Shown: piece by piece, positions 10,122 to 21,656 of the stretch | Layout of the letters: each line of letters opens with the position of its first letter | Position numbering within the stretch: position 1 is the stretch's first letter | Assembly: GCA_963804955.1 (NCBI GenBank) | Contig: CAWDSQ010000007.1 | Location: forward strand, 160,001 to 224,000 | DNA length: 64,000 nt | Direction: 5' to 3' | DNA from: an uncultured delta proteobacterium | GTDB lineage: Bacteria; Desulfobacterota; WTBG01; CAIYCZ01; CAIRTM01 | Made by a program: the position numbers and the translations under genes | Notes under the pieces: generated by a model | Database searches by the model: none | What the model was told of the DNA's origin: nothing | The model's input: the letters and a program-made list of their open reading frames with translations, nothing else

Positions 10122-10844
10122 TTATTGCGTATGGGCAAGCGTCAGAACTTCAACCGTGCCCGCGCCCGACTTTTTCAAGACCCCGGCGCACTCATTGGCA
10201 GTGGCGCCGCTGGTATAGACATCGTCAATCAGCGCCACGCGTTTATCGCCCAGCGCCGGCCCCGTCCAGGCGAAGGCGCCGCTCATATTGCCAGAGCGCT
10301 CCTGTCGGGACAGGGCTGTCTGCTGGGGTGTTTCTCTGTTGCGCACCAGCCACTCAGGGGCAACGGGAATATCCCAGCATGCACCCAGGTGCCGCGCAAG
10401 TTCAAGCGACTGGTTGTATCCCCGCTGCCGCAGCCTCCTGCGATGCAGGGGAACCGGCACGATGAGATCGATTGCCTCTACAGTCAAAAGCCGCCTGCCA
10501 TGCTCGGCAAGCAGCTGCCCCAGGTGCTTAGCAAACATAAGGCCGCCCCGGTACTTAAACTGATGAATGGCGGTTCTTAGCGTGCCGGCATAGACTCCCG
10601 CAGCCCGGGCTCGATCAAAACATGGCGGAGACTCTCTGCAGTTTCCGCACAGATGATCGCCCCCTGCTCGTGATGTAAACATTATACCACAGCTGCAGCA
10701 TAATGGGCTATCGATAAAAGCAAGATCAGCAGAACAGCTGTCACATAAAAAAGTTCTCTCATATGACAGCAGGGGCCTTTTACACACAAGGCACAGCGGT
10801 GGAAAAAAGAAATCGATGAGAGCATGCCGGAAGGTTTGCAGCAT
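10122..10844 (-). CDS. comF: ComF family protein (zinc ribbon + PRTase)
   Basis: FPPLCLVC..CxxC repeats, PVPLH..RGYNQS, LIDDVYTSGAT. Confidence 0.9.
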   Translation of the reverse strand: MLQTFRHALIDFFFPPLCLVCKRPLLSYERTFLCDSCSADLAFIDSPLCCSCGIMFTSRAGGDHLCGNCRESPPCFDRARAAGVYAGTLRTAIHQFKYRGGLMFAKHLGQLLAEHGRRLLTVEAIDLIVPVPLHRRRLRQRGYNQSLELARHLGACWDIPVAPEWLVRNRETPQQTALSRQERSGNMSGAFAWTGPALGDKRVALIDDVYTSGATANECAGVLKKSGAGTVEVLTLAHTQ

Positions 10845-10850
10845 GGGACT

Positions 10851-11222
10851 CTAGCGCTTGTTTTTTTCAGACACGGGGACATCATCAAAGGCAATCCTGG
10901 GGCAGTGCTGCCACAGGTTTTCAAGATCATAGAAAGCACGCTCTTCTTCATGGAAAACATGCATGATCACGTCGTCGTAATCAAGCAGAACCCAGCGTCC
11001 GTTCTTCATGCCTTCGCTGCCGCGGGCGCGTACACCCAATCCTTTCATCATGAGCTCAACGTTTTCCGCGACGGCCTGCACCTGCCGTGTCGAGGTACCG
11101 CTGCAGATGATGAAATAGTTGGTAAAGGCCGACTGCTCTTTGACGTCAAGCACGACCATGTTCTGGGCCTTCATATCGCTGGCAAAGCCCGCACACAGTT
11201 TCATCTTTTCAAAAGAATTCAA
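10851..11222 (-). CDS. rsfS: ribosome silencing factor
   Basis: YFIICSGTS.RQV, WVLLDY.DVIMHVF..R.FYDLE.LW. Confidence 0.95.
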   Translation of the reverse strand: MNSFEKMKLCAGFASDMKAQNMVVLDVKEQSAFTNYFIICSGTSTRQVQAVAENVELMMKGLGVRARGSEGMKNGRWVLLDYDDVIMHVFHEEERAFYDLENLWQHCPRIAFDDVPVSEKNKR

Positions 11223-11235
11223 TGAATCTCCTTTT

Positions 11236-11874
11236 TCAGTAGAGTTTATGCTTATCTATATACCCCGCAACGGCATCGGGCACAAGATATTTTACTGATT
11301 TGCCGTTGTGCAGCGCCTGCCGCACCCCCGTGGATGATATGTCCAGCAGGGGGATCCGGCAGAAGTAAATGCGGCGCCCCGAGCGATGTTCATACCAGGG
11401 GCCGTCGGGATTGAAAGAAAAAAGCGAGTTGAAATCCGGGGGAGCATTTTTTTCAGGCTCGGGCTCATACCGGCCGGGCCTGCTCATAACGACAAAATTG
11501 CAGGAGCTGAAAAGTTCCGGGTATCGCTTCCAGGTATGAATCTCGCGAAATGCGTCAAGGCCGATAATAAAAAAAAGCTCGGCGGACGGGCCATACTCAT
11601 GGCTGAAATGTTCGATGGTGTCAAAGGAATAGGAGTTGCCTTCCCGCTGCAGTTCGCTGTCGGACACCTCGAAATACGGATTGTCTGCTGCGGCAAGACG
11701 CACCATCTCAAAGCGGTGCCGGGCAGCTATGATGGCGTCTTTTTTATGCGGCGGCATATGGGCCGGAATAAAAATAATTTTTTCGAGGCCGAGCTGCTCC
11801 CGTATCTCCTCGGCCGCCCGCAGGTGCCCCAGATGCACAGGGTTGAATGTCCCGCCAAAAAGACCTGTCCTCAC
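11236..11874 (-). CDS. nadD: nicotinate-nucleotide adenylyltransferase
   Basis: GGTFNPVHLGH, PPHK, ISST; typical nadD-rsfS order. Confidence 0.95.
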   Translation of the reverse strand: MRTGLFGGTFNPVHLGHLRAAEEIREQLGLEKIIFIPAHMPPHKKDAIIAARHRFEMVRLAAADNPYFEVSDSELQREGNSYSFDTIEHFSHEYGPSAELFFIIGLDAFREIHTWKRYPELFSSCNFVVMSRPGRYEPEPEKNAPPDFNSLFSFNPDGPWYEHRSGRRIYFCRIPLLDISSTGVRQALHNGKSVKYLVPDAVAGYIDKHKLY

Positions 11875-11923
11875 AATGTCTGCCGCGCCTCCTGCTAAAC
11901 CCTATTTCTGCTCACTCGCAAAA

Positions 11924-11952
11924 AATATATGCCGGGCCCGTGCAGGTGTCAA
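11924..11952 (-). promoter_or_regulatory. sigma70-type promoter of nadD-rsfS-comF-ispB operon
   Basis: TTGACA-N17-TATATT on the minus strand. Confidence 0.6.
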
Positions 11953-12140
11953 TGCAAATGTCGCAAAAGCAGGTTTCCCCATTGCGAAAAAAACATCCGG
12001 ATGATATGCTGCTTTTTTTAGTAAACTTGCGGCACCAGCAGCATTATTTCAATGCCGGCGGTATGGCTGTTCAGCGGGCTCAACAAACGCATGCCCTTCC
12101 CATACCAGATACGTAATGCATACCCTGAGAGGCATTCGTC

Positions 12141-13001
12141 ATGTTTCCTGATCAAATCCTGCAATTTCTGCTCAGCGGGCTGACCATCGGCAGCATCTAT
12201 GCTCTCATAGCCCTCGGCTTCACCATCATCTACAACACCACGGGCATCATCAACTTTGCCCAGGGCGAGTTCGTCATGCTCGGGGGCATGTTCATGGTGG
12301 GCTGCACGCGCCTGCTGCACCTGCCCCTGCCCGTTGGCATGCTCATTTCGCTCATGGCCGTCATGGTGGTTGGGGTGCTGATCGAGCGGCTCGCCATCAG
12401 ACCGGCACGCCACAAGTCCATCGTCACCCTCATCATTATCACCATCGGGGTCTCCATCGCCCTGAAGGCGGGCACGGCCTTCTTCAGCAAGGACAGCTTC
12501 ACGTATCCACAGTTTCCCGGCCCCGAGCATGTGGCGATCGGCAACGCCTCTCTGCCGGGCCAGAGCCTGTGGATCATCGGCACGGCAGGCTGCATCATGG
12601 CAGCCCTGTGGGCCTTTTTTCATTATACCATTCGAGGCAAAGCAATGCGGGCCTGCGCAATCAACCGTGAAGCCGCCAATATCGTGGGCATCGACGTGGA
12701 GCGGATGTCGCTTCTTTCGTTCGGCTTAAGCGCCCTCATCGGCGCCGTGGCGGGCATCATGGTGACGCCTACGACGCAGATGGCCTGGTACCGCGGCACC
12801 GAGCTCGGGCTGAAGGGCTTCTGCGCAGTGATTCTGGGGGGCATGGGGAGCAGCCCGGGCGCGGTCATAGGTGGCCTGCTGCTGGGGCTGCTGGAAACTT
12901 TCGGCAATTACCTGTTTTCCGGCTACCGCGACGCCATAGCATTTTCAATTTTCCTGCTGGTCATATTCATTCGTCCGCAGGGAATTCTGGGGCGAAAATA
13001 G
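12141..13001 (+). CDS. livH: branched-chain amino acid ABC permease
   Basis: GSIYALIALGFTIIY..INFAQGE; RPQGILG. Confidence 0.9.
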   Translation: MFPDQILQFLLSGLTIGSIYALIALGFTIIYNTTGIINFAQGEFVMLGGMFMVGCTRLLHLPLPVGMLISLMAVMVVGVLIERLAIRPARHKSIVTLIIITIGVSIALKAGTAFFSKDSFTYPQFPGPEHVAIGNASLPGQSLWIIGTAGCIMAALWAFFHYTIRGKAMRACAINREAANIVGIDVERMSLLSFGLSALIGAVAGIMVTPTTQMAWYRGTELGLKGFCAVILGGMGSSPGAVIGGLLLGLLETFGNYLFSGYRDAIAFSIFLLVIFIRPQGILGRK

Positions 13002-13003
13002 CC

Positions 13004-14019
13004 GTGACGCACAAACGCAGCGAACTTATAAAATACGCCGTCTTTGCCGCGATTATTATTGCGGTGCCCCTGGTTTTCACCGGCAGACAGTCCTACTATG
13101 TCTCCATGCTGGCGCTTGCGGGCATCTTTGCCATCGTGGCGCTTGGCTTGAACCTGCTCATGGGCTATGCCGGCCAGATATCGCTGGGGCATGCGGCCTT
13201 CTTCTCCATCGGCGCATACACCACCGCCATACTCTCCACCCGCCTCGGGTGGCAGCCCTTAGCGGGCCTTGTGCCTGCTGTGGCCGTATCGGGCTTTGCG
13301 GCTTTTGTTATCGGCCTTCCCACGCTCAAGCTTAAAGAACACTATCTTGCCATGGCAACGCTCGGCGTGGGACTCATCACCGTATTCACTTATCAAGGCC
13401 GATCCGGGCGGCATCACCGGCGGCGTCACCGGCATTGTCAATATTCCGCCGCTTGTGATCGGCGGCTTCACCTTCGATTCCGACCGGTCGCAGTTCTATC
13501 TCATCTGGGCTGTGGCATTTCTGATATTCGCCCTGAGTTCCAACATTATCGATTCGCGCATCGGCCGCGCGCTCATGGCCATTCACAAAAGCGAAGTGTC
13601 GGCGAGCGTGCTCGGCGTCAATGTCTTCTCCTGCAAGCTGCAGGTCTTCGTGCTCAGCGGCATGTACGCCGGTCTCGGCGGATTTCTCTATGCCCACTGC
13701 TCGCCCATGTACTATCTCAACCCCGACGACGTGTGCCATTTCGCGCTCTCCATAAAGCTTCTGACCATGGTGGTCATCGGCGGCATGGGCAGCATGTGGG
13801 GGGCGCTGCTCGGGGCCGTCGGGCTTTCGATTCTGCCCTGAAGTGCTGCGCATGCTCGGGAGCCTGCTGCACGGGGTGAACACCACGGATATCGAGATGG
13901 CCGTCTACGGGCTTATCCTTGCAATGATCATGATCGCCTCGCCACGGCAGCGGCTTAAAAAGCTGCTGGGCCTTGATAAACCCAGGCGGGTTGAGCCTCC
14001 GAAAGACATGGAGGACTAG
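13004..14019 (+). CDS. livM: branched-chain amino acid ABC permease (frameshifted)
   Basis: LNLLMGYAGQISLGHAAF, YLAMATL, TGG..G, VVIGGMGS; stitched from 3 frames to TAG at 14017-14019. Confidence 0.85.
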
Positions 14020-14022
14020 GCC

Positions 14023-14786
14023 ATGGCGCATTTGCAGGTTGAGGGCCTCATGAAAACCTTCGACGGCATCACAGCCGTTGAGCGACCTGTCCTTCAAGGT
14101 GCAGCGCAACGAAATCTGTGCCATCATCGGGCCCAACGGCGCCGGAAAAACCACGACATTTAACCTCCTGAGCGGCGTGCTGCCGGCCGACCGGGGGAAA
14201 ATCTTTTTCGACGGCAATGAGATTCTGGGGCTGCCACCCCATGATATCGCCCGACGCGGCATGGTACGGACCTTTCAAACCGTGAGCCTGTTTGACTCCA
14301 TGACTGTGCTCGACAACGTGAAGGTCGGCTGCCACGGCAAGGCCGGCGCAGGCCTGTTCTCGGCAGCGCTCCGAACCCGCAGGCCTGCGACGCGAGGAGA
14401 AGGAGATTACAAAAAAGGCCATGGAGGCCCTGGAATTGCTGGGCGTTGCGGATCGGGCCTGCGATCAGGCCGGGAGCCTTCCCTTCGGCCAGCAGCGCCT
14501 CGTCGACATAGCCCGGGCCCTCGCCTCTGATCCCGAAATGATTCTTCTGGATGAACCCGCCGCCGGGCTCAACGCTCATGAAACCACCGAGCTGGCATCG
14601 CTCATTCTGGCCCTCAAGAACCGGGGCCTCACGGTCATGATCATCGAGCATGATATGGAGCTCATTATGGAAATAGCCGACCACATCGTCGTGCTGGAGC
14701 AGGGCATGAAAATCGCCTGCGGCCCTCCTGCGGTCATTCAAAAAGACCCGAAAGTGATTGTTGCATATCTTGGGGAAGAAGAGTAA
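14023..14786 (+). CDS. livG: ABC ATP-binding protein (frameshifted)
   Basis: GPNGAGKTT, RTFQ, LLDEPAAG, IEHDM, VAYLG. Confidence 0.88.
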
Positions 14787-14787
14787 C

Positions 14788-15518
<731 letters not shown>

Positions 15519-15534
15519 CAAGAAGGGAGGATGT

Positions 15535-16692
15535 ATGAAAAAACTTTTTACAACCTTAGGTGCGGCTGCTGTATGCCTGTTCTTCTGCGCAGGCAGTTAT
15601 TCAGGCAAAAGAGGCTGCAAAGCCCGGTAAAAATCGGCTGCCTGTTTGACCTTCAAGGCCCTGCGGGCCATATCGGTGTGGCCTCGAAACTGGTGGCGGA
15701 AATGCTTGCCGAGCGCCTCAACAAGGCAGGCGGCATTAGGCGGCAGGCCCATTCAGCTGGTCATGGGCGACACTGAGAGCAACCCCGGCAAGGCAGTCAT
15801 CGAGGCAAAGCGCCTGGTTGAAAACGAGCAGGTCGATGCCATCATCGGCCCCACCCGCACCGATTCGGGCATGGCCATTCTCCAGTATATCGAAAAAATG
15901 GGCATGCCCACGGTTGGCTGCATCGGCGGCACCCCCGTGGTTGTGCCCGTGCGCAAGTGGATGTTCAAGTCCCCGCAAAAAAGCGTCACCGCAGTTGAGC
16001 GCATTTATATGTATCTGCAGAAAAAGGGCATCAAGAAAATCGCTGTTATAAACGCAACCGACAAGTTCGGACAGGAGGGCGAAGAGGCGCTCAAGGCCCT
16101 TGCTGGAAAGTATGGCGTGACCATCGTGACCCAGGAAAAATTCGAGATGAGCGATGTGGATATGACTGTGCAGCTCACCAAGATAAAAGCCACCGACGCC
16201 CAGGCAGTTATCTGCTGGACCATCGGGCCTCCGGGGTCCATCGTCGCCAAGAACGTCAAGCAGCTCGGCTTCAAGATACCGCTCATTCAGTGCCACGGCC
16301 TTCCCGACCCGAAGTATCTTGAGCTTGCCGGCGATGCCGCCGAAGGCAATATCATGCCGTCGACCAAGCTCATGGTGGCAAGCCAGCTGCCCGACAGCGA
16401 TCCGCAGAAAAAGCTCCTGCTGGAATACACCGATCTGTATGAAAACGTGGGCAAAATCGGCAAAATCACCACCCACGGCGGCTATGCCTGGGATGCGCTC
16501 ATGCTGGTTGTCGAGGCCATGAAGAAGGCCGGAACTGACAAGGCCAAAGTGCGCGATGCCATTGAAAGCACCAAAGGCTATGTGGGCGTGAGCGGCATCT
16601 ACACCATGACGCCCGAAGACCACTGCGGCCTGGGGGTTGACTCCATGGTCATGATCACGGTGAAAAACGGTAAGTTCATGCTGATTGAATAG
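15535..16692 (+). CDS. ABC substrate-binding protein, LivJ/K family (frameshifted N-terminus)
   Basis: Signal peptide MKKLFTTLG; VKIGCL..GP, N.AGG..GRPIQLV..D, IIGP. Confidence 0.88.
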
Positions 16693-16716
16693 CAATTCCT
16701 TTACCTGCACTCTACG

Positions 16717-16750
16717 AAAGCCTGCGCATGCAATTGCGCAGGCTTTTTTT
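16717..16750 (+). terminator. intrinsic terminator after liv operon
   Basis: aaagcctgcgca-loop-tgcgcaggc followed by a T-run. Confidence 0.85.
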
Positions 16751-17229
16751 ATACTCTCAGGATCTGCACCTGTTTGCTCGACATCTCGTATTCTTCCTTC
16801 GGATAGCATCCACCAGGGCCGGCTGCGATACTGCAAAAAAAACAGCCTCTTATTTAACCGCGAGGGTAAAGGTTGAAACAGGAGAGTGGATTGCCTGCAC
16901 CACCTCGGCATCGCAGGTATGGATATGTTGAAAATATTGTGAAAGATGCCGGCGGGCTTCTTCAAGGACAAGAAACTGCGTGCCTATTCTTGCGTAAATG
17001 TAGTCGAATGCAGCTGCAGAGGGCTCTGCGCTTTCTGTCTTCACGGAATGCGCATGTGCAAAGCAGCTCAAAAAGAATACGCCAAAGGCGACAGCGTTTC
17101 AATAAAAATCAGGGGCAGCCGTGCTGGACCAGAACCGCTGCATGCAGGACTTTCATACTGTGCATGGAATAAAGCGGGAAAGCGCGCAGTGAGAGATACA
17201 GGGGATGGGCAGCTGCCCTGCAGGCCTGC

Positions 17230-18224
17230 TTATTCTGAAGGGTGCCCCCCCGGCCGTTCAGCATGCTGACCGTACTGATGCAGCCAGGCAAGCATCTCCC
17301 TGATACTTGCCGTTGCGAAAGCAATGCAGGTATCAGCGGCGCCGTAATACAGCCTGAGCGTATCGCCGTCAGGGGCTATGGTATATCCGCAGGGAAAAAC
17401 GACGCTGCCCACATCGCCCGACAGCTCATAGTCTTCCTCAGGCCCGAAAAACCATTCGGTACCGCGCAGCAGGCACAGCTCGGGCGTCTGCTCGTCAAAC
17501 AGGGCAAGCCCGAGGCGGTACAGCGAGCCTGATGCGGTTTCTCTGACGCCGTGATAGATCACAAGCCAGCCTTCCGGGGTCAGGATCGGCGGCGGCGAAA
17601 GGCCTATTTTATTGGCGTCCCACCAGGCGCCGCGGCGCGCCTCAAGAATCATTTTGTGGCTGCCCCAGTGACGCAGGTCGGGTGAATAGGATATCCAGAC
17701 ATTTGCGCCAATGCTCGTGACGGGCCGGTGAAACAGGGCCCAGGAGCCGCCGATGCGATGAGGAAGCAGCGCTGCATCCTTATCCTCAGGCGACATGATT
17801 GAGCCGTAGCGCTCGAAAGCTTTAAAGTCCTTTGTAAGGGCAAGCGACACCCCCGGCCCGCCCCGCGAATAGGATGTGTAGACCACGGCATAAGTATTAA
17901 GCTCCGGCAGGTAGGTGATGCGGGGGTCTTCGACTCCCCAAAGCTCTTCGGGCCAGTTGTCGGCGTCTGGAACAAACGTGGGCTCAGTGTCGATCTCCCA
18001 GCCGTCAATGCCATTGCGGGAGCGCGCGGCGCACAGATGCGATATGCCGCGACGGTCCTCAACCCGGCACAGAAGCAGCGTTGTGCCGTCGGCAAGCAGC
18101 GTGGCAGCCGCATTGAAAACTGTGTTGATGGCATAAGGCCAGTCATTGCAGTCAGTATGGGGTTTTTATCATGCCGGTGAATGAGGGTTTCGTGCTGCGC
18201 TCGTCTATGATATGCGGAGCTCAT
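17230..18224 (-). CDS. GH130/DUF377-family glycosidase or mannoside phosphorylase (frameshifted)
   Basis: NPIL, EDPRIT (reconstructed), KDAALLP, HRP, YHGV, VVFPCG, YYGAAD. Confidence 0.85.
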
Positions 18225-20506
18225 AATTCACATCCATAATGTTTTGTGATAAACGCATTTCCACCAGGGCCAGCAGAAACGACAGGGTTGATTCAGCCCC
18301 CTGATTAAGATTGGCACGGTCCTGGTGCAGGCCGTCATGACAGCCGCCTATGAGCAGATCGTACAAAGGCAGCTCAAGGTCATTGCGGCCCAGAAACCAG
18401 TTGAAAGCCCGGCGCGCTTCCTTCTCCCAGTAGCTGTCGCCGGTTATGCGATAGGCCTCAAGTGCTGCCGCTACCATGGAGTAGGCCTCAAGGGGCTGCT
18501 GATCATAGCGGGCGCGCTCTCCGCCGCGGGGGTAAAAGCCGTCTGAGCCTACGGGTGAATAATATCCTTTATTGCCGGTTTGAATATGGGCCAGCCATCG
18601 CAGGGACTGCAGGCCCGCATCAACCATTTTCTCATTGGGTATCCATTTTCCACACAGAAGCATGGCATGGGATATGGTTGCATTGCCGTAGGCAACGATA
18701 TTTTCAAACCATTGCCAGTCCGGGCAGCTTACCTGCCGGTACATATCCAGCATGCGTTTGGACAACTTTTTGCGCATATCGTACACAAGGCGGTCGCCCT
18801 CGAACCTGCGCAGGTATTCATGAATGCCTATCAGGGTATAGGCCCAGGCCCGCAGGCTGGTAAAGTGTGCGACCTCGGGAAGGGAAAGCTCGAACAGCCT
18901 GCCTGCGACCTTGCGAAGCCTCTCGGACTTGGAACGGCCCAGCACTGCGCCCAGCGCCCAAATCGACCGGCCGTGACTGTCTTCCGACCCGACATCTTCG
19001 AGCCAGCGCCGGTCATATGACAGAAAATTGCGAAACCGGTTATTGCCGGCATTGAACGCATACCAGAGAAACGACAGGTACCGGGAGGACAAAATGGCTG
19101 ATCTCTTCATAATCCTCATACCCGGCAGCTTCAAGCAGCACGGTCAGCAGCAGCGCCCGGGCATTATCATCGGTGGTGTAGCCTTCATTGAGATTCGGCA
19201 GCGAATAGACCGCGTGCTGCAAAAGGCCCGTGTCGTCCGTGAGCAGCCGCAGATGATTGATGTTCAGCCGGGGCAGCTCATCCAGGCGCCTGTCCATCAT
19301 GGGCAGTTCGAAAAACGCTGCAGGCCGCCGCATATGCTCGTCGCGGGCCCGCTCGAAGGTCTGCATATACTGTTCGGCCACACTGCTCCATATCATGTCT
19401 CTGCCGCGCAGATAGGCATTCTTGCGCATGGCATGCCGCTGTGTTTCATTGTCAAGAAGATTGGTCACCGCTGCGGCTATAGCCTCAGGATCCTGAAACG
19501 GAACAAGGCTGCCCCTGCCCTCGGCAAGCAGCTCCGTGGCATACCAGTAGGGTGTTGAAACAACCGCTTTGCCCATGCCCAGGGCATAGGCCAGCGTGCC
19601 CGAAACAATCTGGGCCTCATTGTGATACGGGGTTATATACACATCAGCGCCGCCCACAAACTCCACAAGCTCCTCAAGTGGAACAAACCGGTTGTACAAT
19701 AACACATTGCCTTCAACACCAAGGTCCTGGGCAAGGGTTTGAAGGGACAGGCGATAGGCTTCGCCCTCGGCTTTCAAAACATGGGGATGTGTTGCGCCAA
19801 GAATAATGTACACAACATTTTTATACCGCTCGAGGATTTTCGGCAGGGCGCTGATGACATCCTCGATGCCCTTGTCCCGGGAAAGCAGGCCGAAGGTGAG
19901 CAGAACGAATTTTCCCTCCACGCCAAAGCGGTCCTTGTAAAAATTCGGATCGACAAAAGAGACATCGGGAATGCCGTGATGGATGATGTCGATCTTGTGG
20001 CTGTCAACCCCGTAGACATCCTGCAAAAACATCCTTCCCTGGTTTGACATCACAACGAAGCGGTCTGACAGCTGATTGAGCTCAGTCATAACCTTACGCT
20101 GCTGCTTGTTTGGCTCACGCAGTATGGTGTGCAGGGTGGTGACAACCGGCATGCGCAGATCCCTCAGGAGCGCAAGAATATGGCTGCCTGCCGCTCCTCC
20201 GAAAATGCCGTATTCATGCTGCAGGCATACCAGGTCGACATCATTGATATTGAGAAATTCCGCAACGCGGCGGTATGAGGAGATATCCTGCTCGGCAAGC
20301 TCGAAACGAACGCGGGAGGGATATTTGTAGGAGCTGCCCGTATCGGTCACCGGTATGGCAAAGCAGCTGCTGTCGCCGTAGCGCGCTGCAATGCCTTCGC
20401 ACAGATCAGCCGTGAAGGTGGCTATGCCGCACTGGCGTGGAATATAATTGCCGATAACGCCGATGCGCTCGATATGAGCCCTGCCCTGAGCAGTCGTGTC
20501 TTCCAT
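18205..20506 (-). CDS. GT4 glycosyltransferase with large C-terminal helical domain (frameshift ~19100)
   Basis: PRQCGIATFT, QHEYGIFGG, TFGLL..KGIE, SGTLAYA; then LTDDTGLLQH, GYTTDDNARA, EDSHGR, DQQPLEA, NQGAESTL. Confidence 0.88.
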
Positions 20507-20875
20507 GAGAGCTTGCCCCCTGGCTGCAAACAGTACGGTATAAGGTCTGAAAAAATACTTTGCTTCAGAAAAAATTGCCGGTATGTGCGTACACAATACT
20601 AAGGTAGGGAAAAATCTACTCTTGTCAAGACGCCAGAGTATCTCATAAAGGAAATACAAGCTGTTAGGCTGTAATTTGAAACACTGTGGCGCAGGTGCAG
20701 AGCAGATGCGTTTGGAGGAACAAATTGAAAATTCAAGATTTAAAATCGCCGGGGCGCACAGCCTGCTGCGACGCAATTAAAATTCTTCTGGAAAAACACT
20801 GCGCCGGTAGTATAGTGAGGCTGGCCACCGCCGGCCAGCGGCGGGAATAATCTCAGGAAGGGAAAGGTGCGCACC

Positions 20876-21466
20876 ATGAAAACAAAAGCAGAAAAAACCC
20901 GGGCCGCCATCCGCCGTGATATCGTCGAATTTTTAAACGCCACATCAGGCAGGGTCGACCCGAAACCGGGCCCCTCAAGCTGCGGCATCCGCCACCGCAA
21001 TGCGCTTGTGCTGGCAACCTGTTACGGCAGCCGACCCCGGGCCACGGTGCTTGAATTCTTCAATGAGGGCATGACCATCTATGTCTTCGGCGAGCCGGGC
21101 GGTAAAATCGCCAATATCAAGCGCAACCCGCAGGTGTCGGCCATCGTGTATGAACAGCCCCTGGATCACGGCGCGCTGCAGAAAAGCCTGCAGCTGTTCG
21201 GACGGGCAGAGCTCATAACCGTCCGCAACAATCCCCGGCTGTTCTGGTCGAAAATCCGCAAGTGGCATATGGATGCAGTCGGTAGAAAAATCATGAGCCC
21301 GCTGTTTCAGAAAAAAAATCTTGCCGGTGCCGAAGCGGAGCAATATGTACAACGCGGCCTTGCGTCGCTCTCCGTTATAAAAATCATACCCGAGCAAGTG
21401 ATTCTCAAGCAGTGGAATCCCGATTTTTCAATGCAGCGGTATGAGTGGAGGGAAAAGGCCTCCTGA
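20876..21466 (+). CDS. pyridoxamine 5'-phosphate oxidase-like FMN-binding protein
   Basis: LVLAT...PRAT...GGKIANIKRNPQVS split-barrel motif. Confidence 0.75.
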   Translation: MKTKAEKTRAAIRRDIVEFLNATSGRVDPKPGPSSCGIRHRNALVLATCYGSRPRATVLEFFNEGMTIYVFGEPGGKIANIKRNPQVSAIVYEQPLDHGALQKSLQLFGRAELITVRNNPRLFWSKIRKWHMDAVGRKIMSPLFQKKNLAGAEAEQYVQRGLASLSVIKIIPEQVILKQWNPDFSMQRYEWREKAS

Positions 21467-21519
21467 CAGCTGCTGCCATTAAAACATCCACGGGCAGGGT
21501 CTTGAGTAAGGCAAGGTAT

Positions 21520-21656
21520 GCAGGCTGTTCAAAAATGCCCGGATGCAAAGCGTGCAAAATCATGCAAAATGAGGCGTCTCTCGAGGACTCCGCAGTGCAG
21601 CATGATAAGCGCAATCCCGCTCCAGCGGTACAGATGGGCGTTTTTCAACAGCCTGC
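21520..21656. mobile_element. MITE-like element with terminal inverted repeats
   Basis: gcaggctgttcaaaaatgccc ... gggcgtttttcaacagcctgc; ~137 bp, non-coding, abuts the TAG stop of the neighbouring gene. Confidence 0.7.

Noticed and set aside
15736..16971. Long antisense ORFs (also 6824-7756, 29354-30343, 45402-46196, 50623-51507)
   Set aside because: Shadow frames of GC3-rich genes on the opposite strand.
16750..17230. Short Cys-containing ORFs after the liv terminator
   Set aside because: No RBS or motif support; likely spurious.
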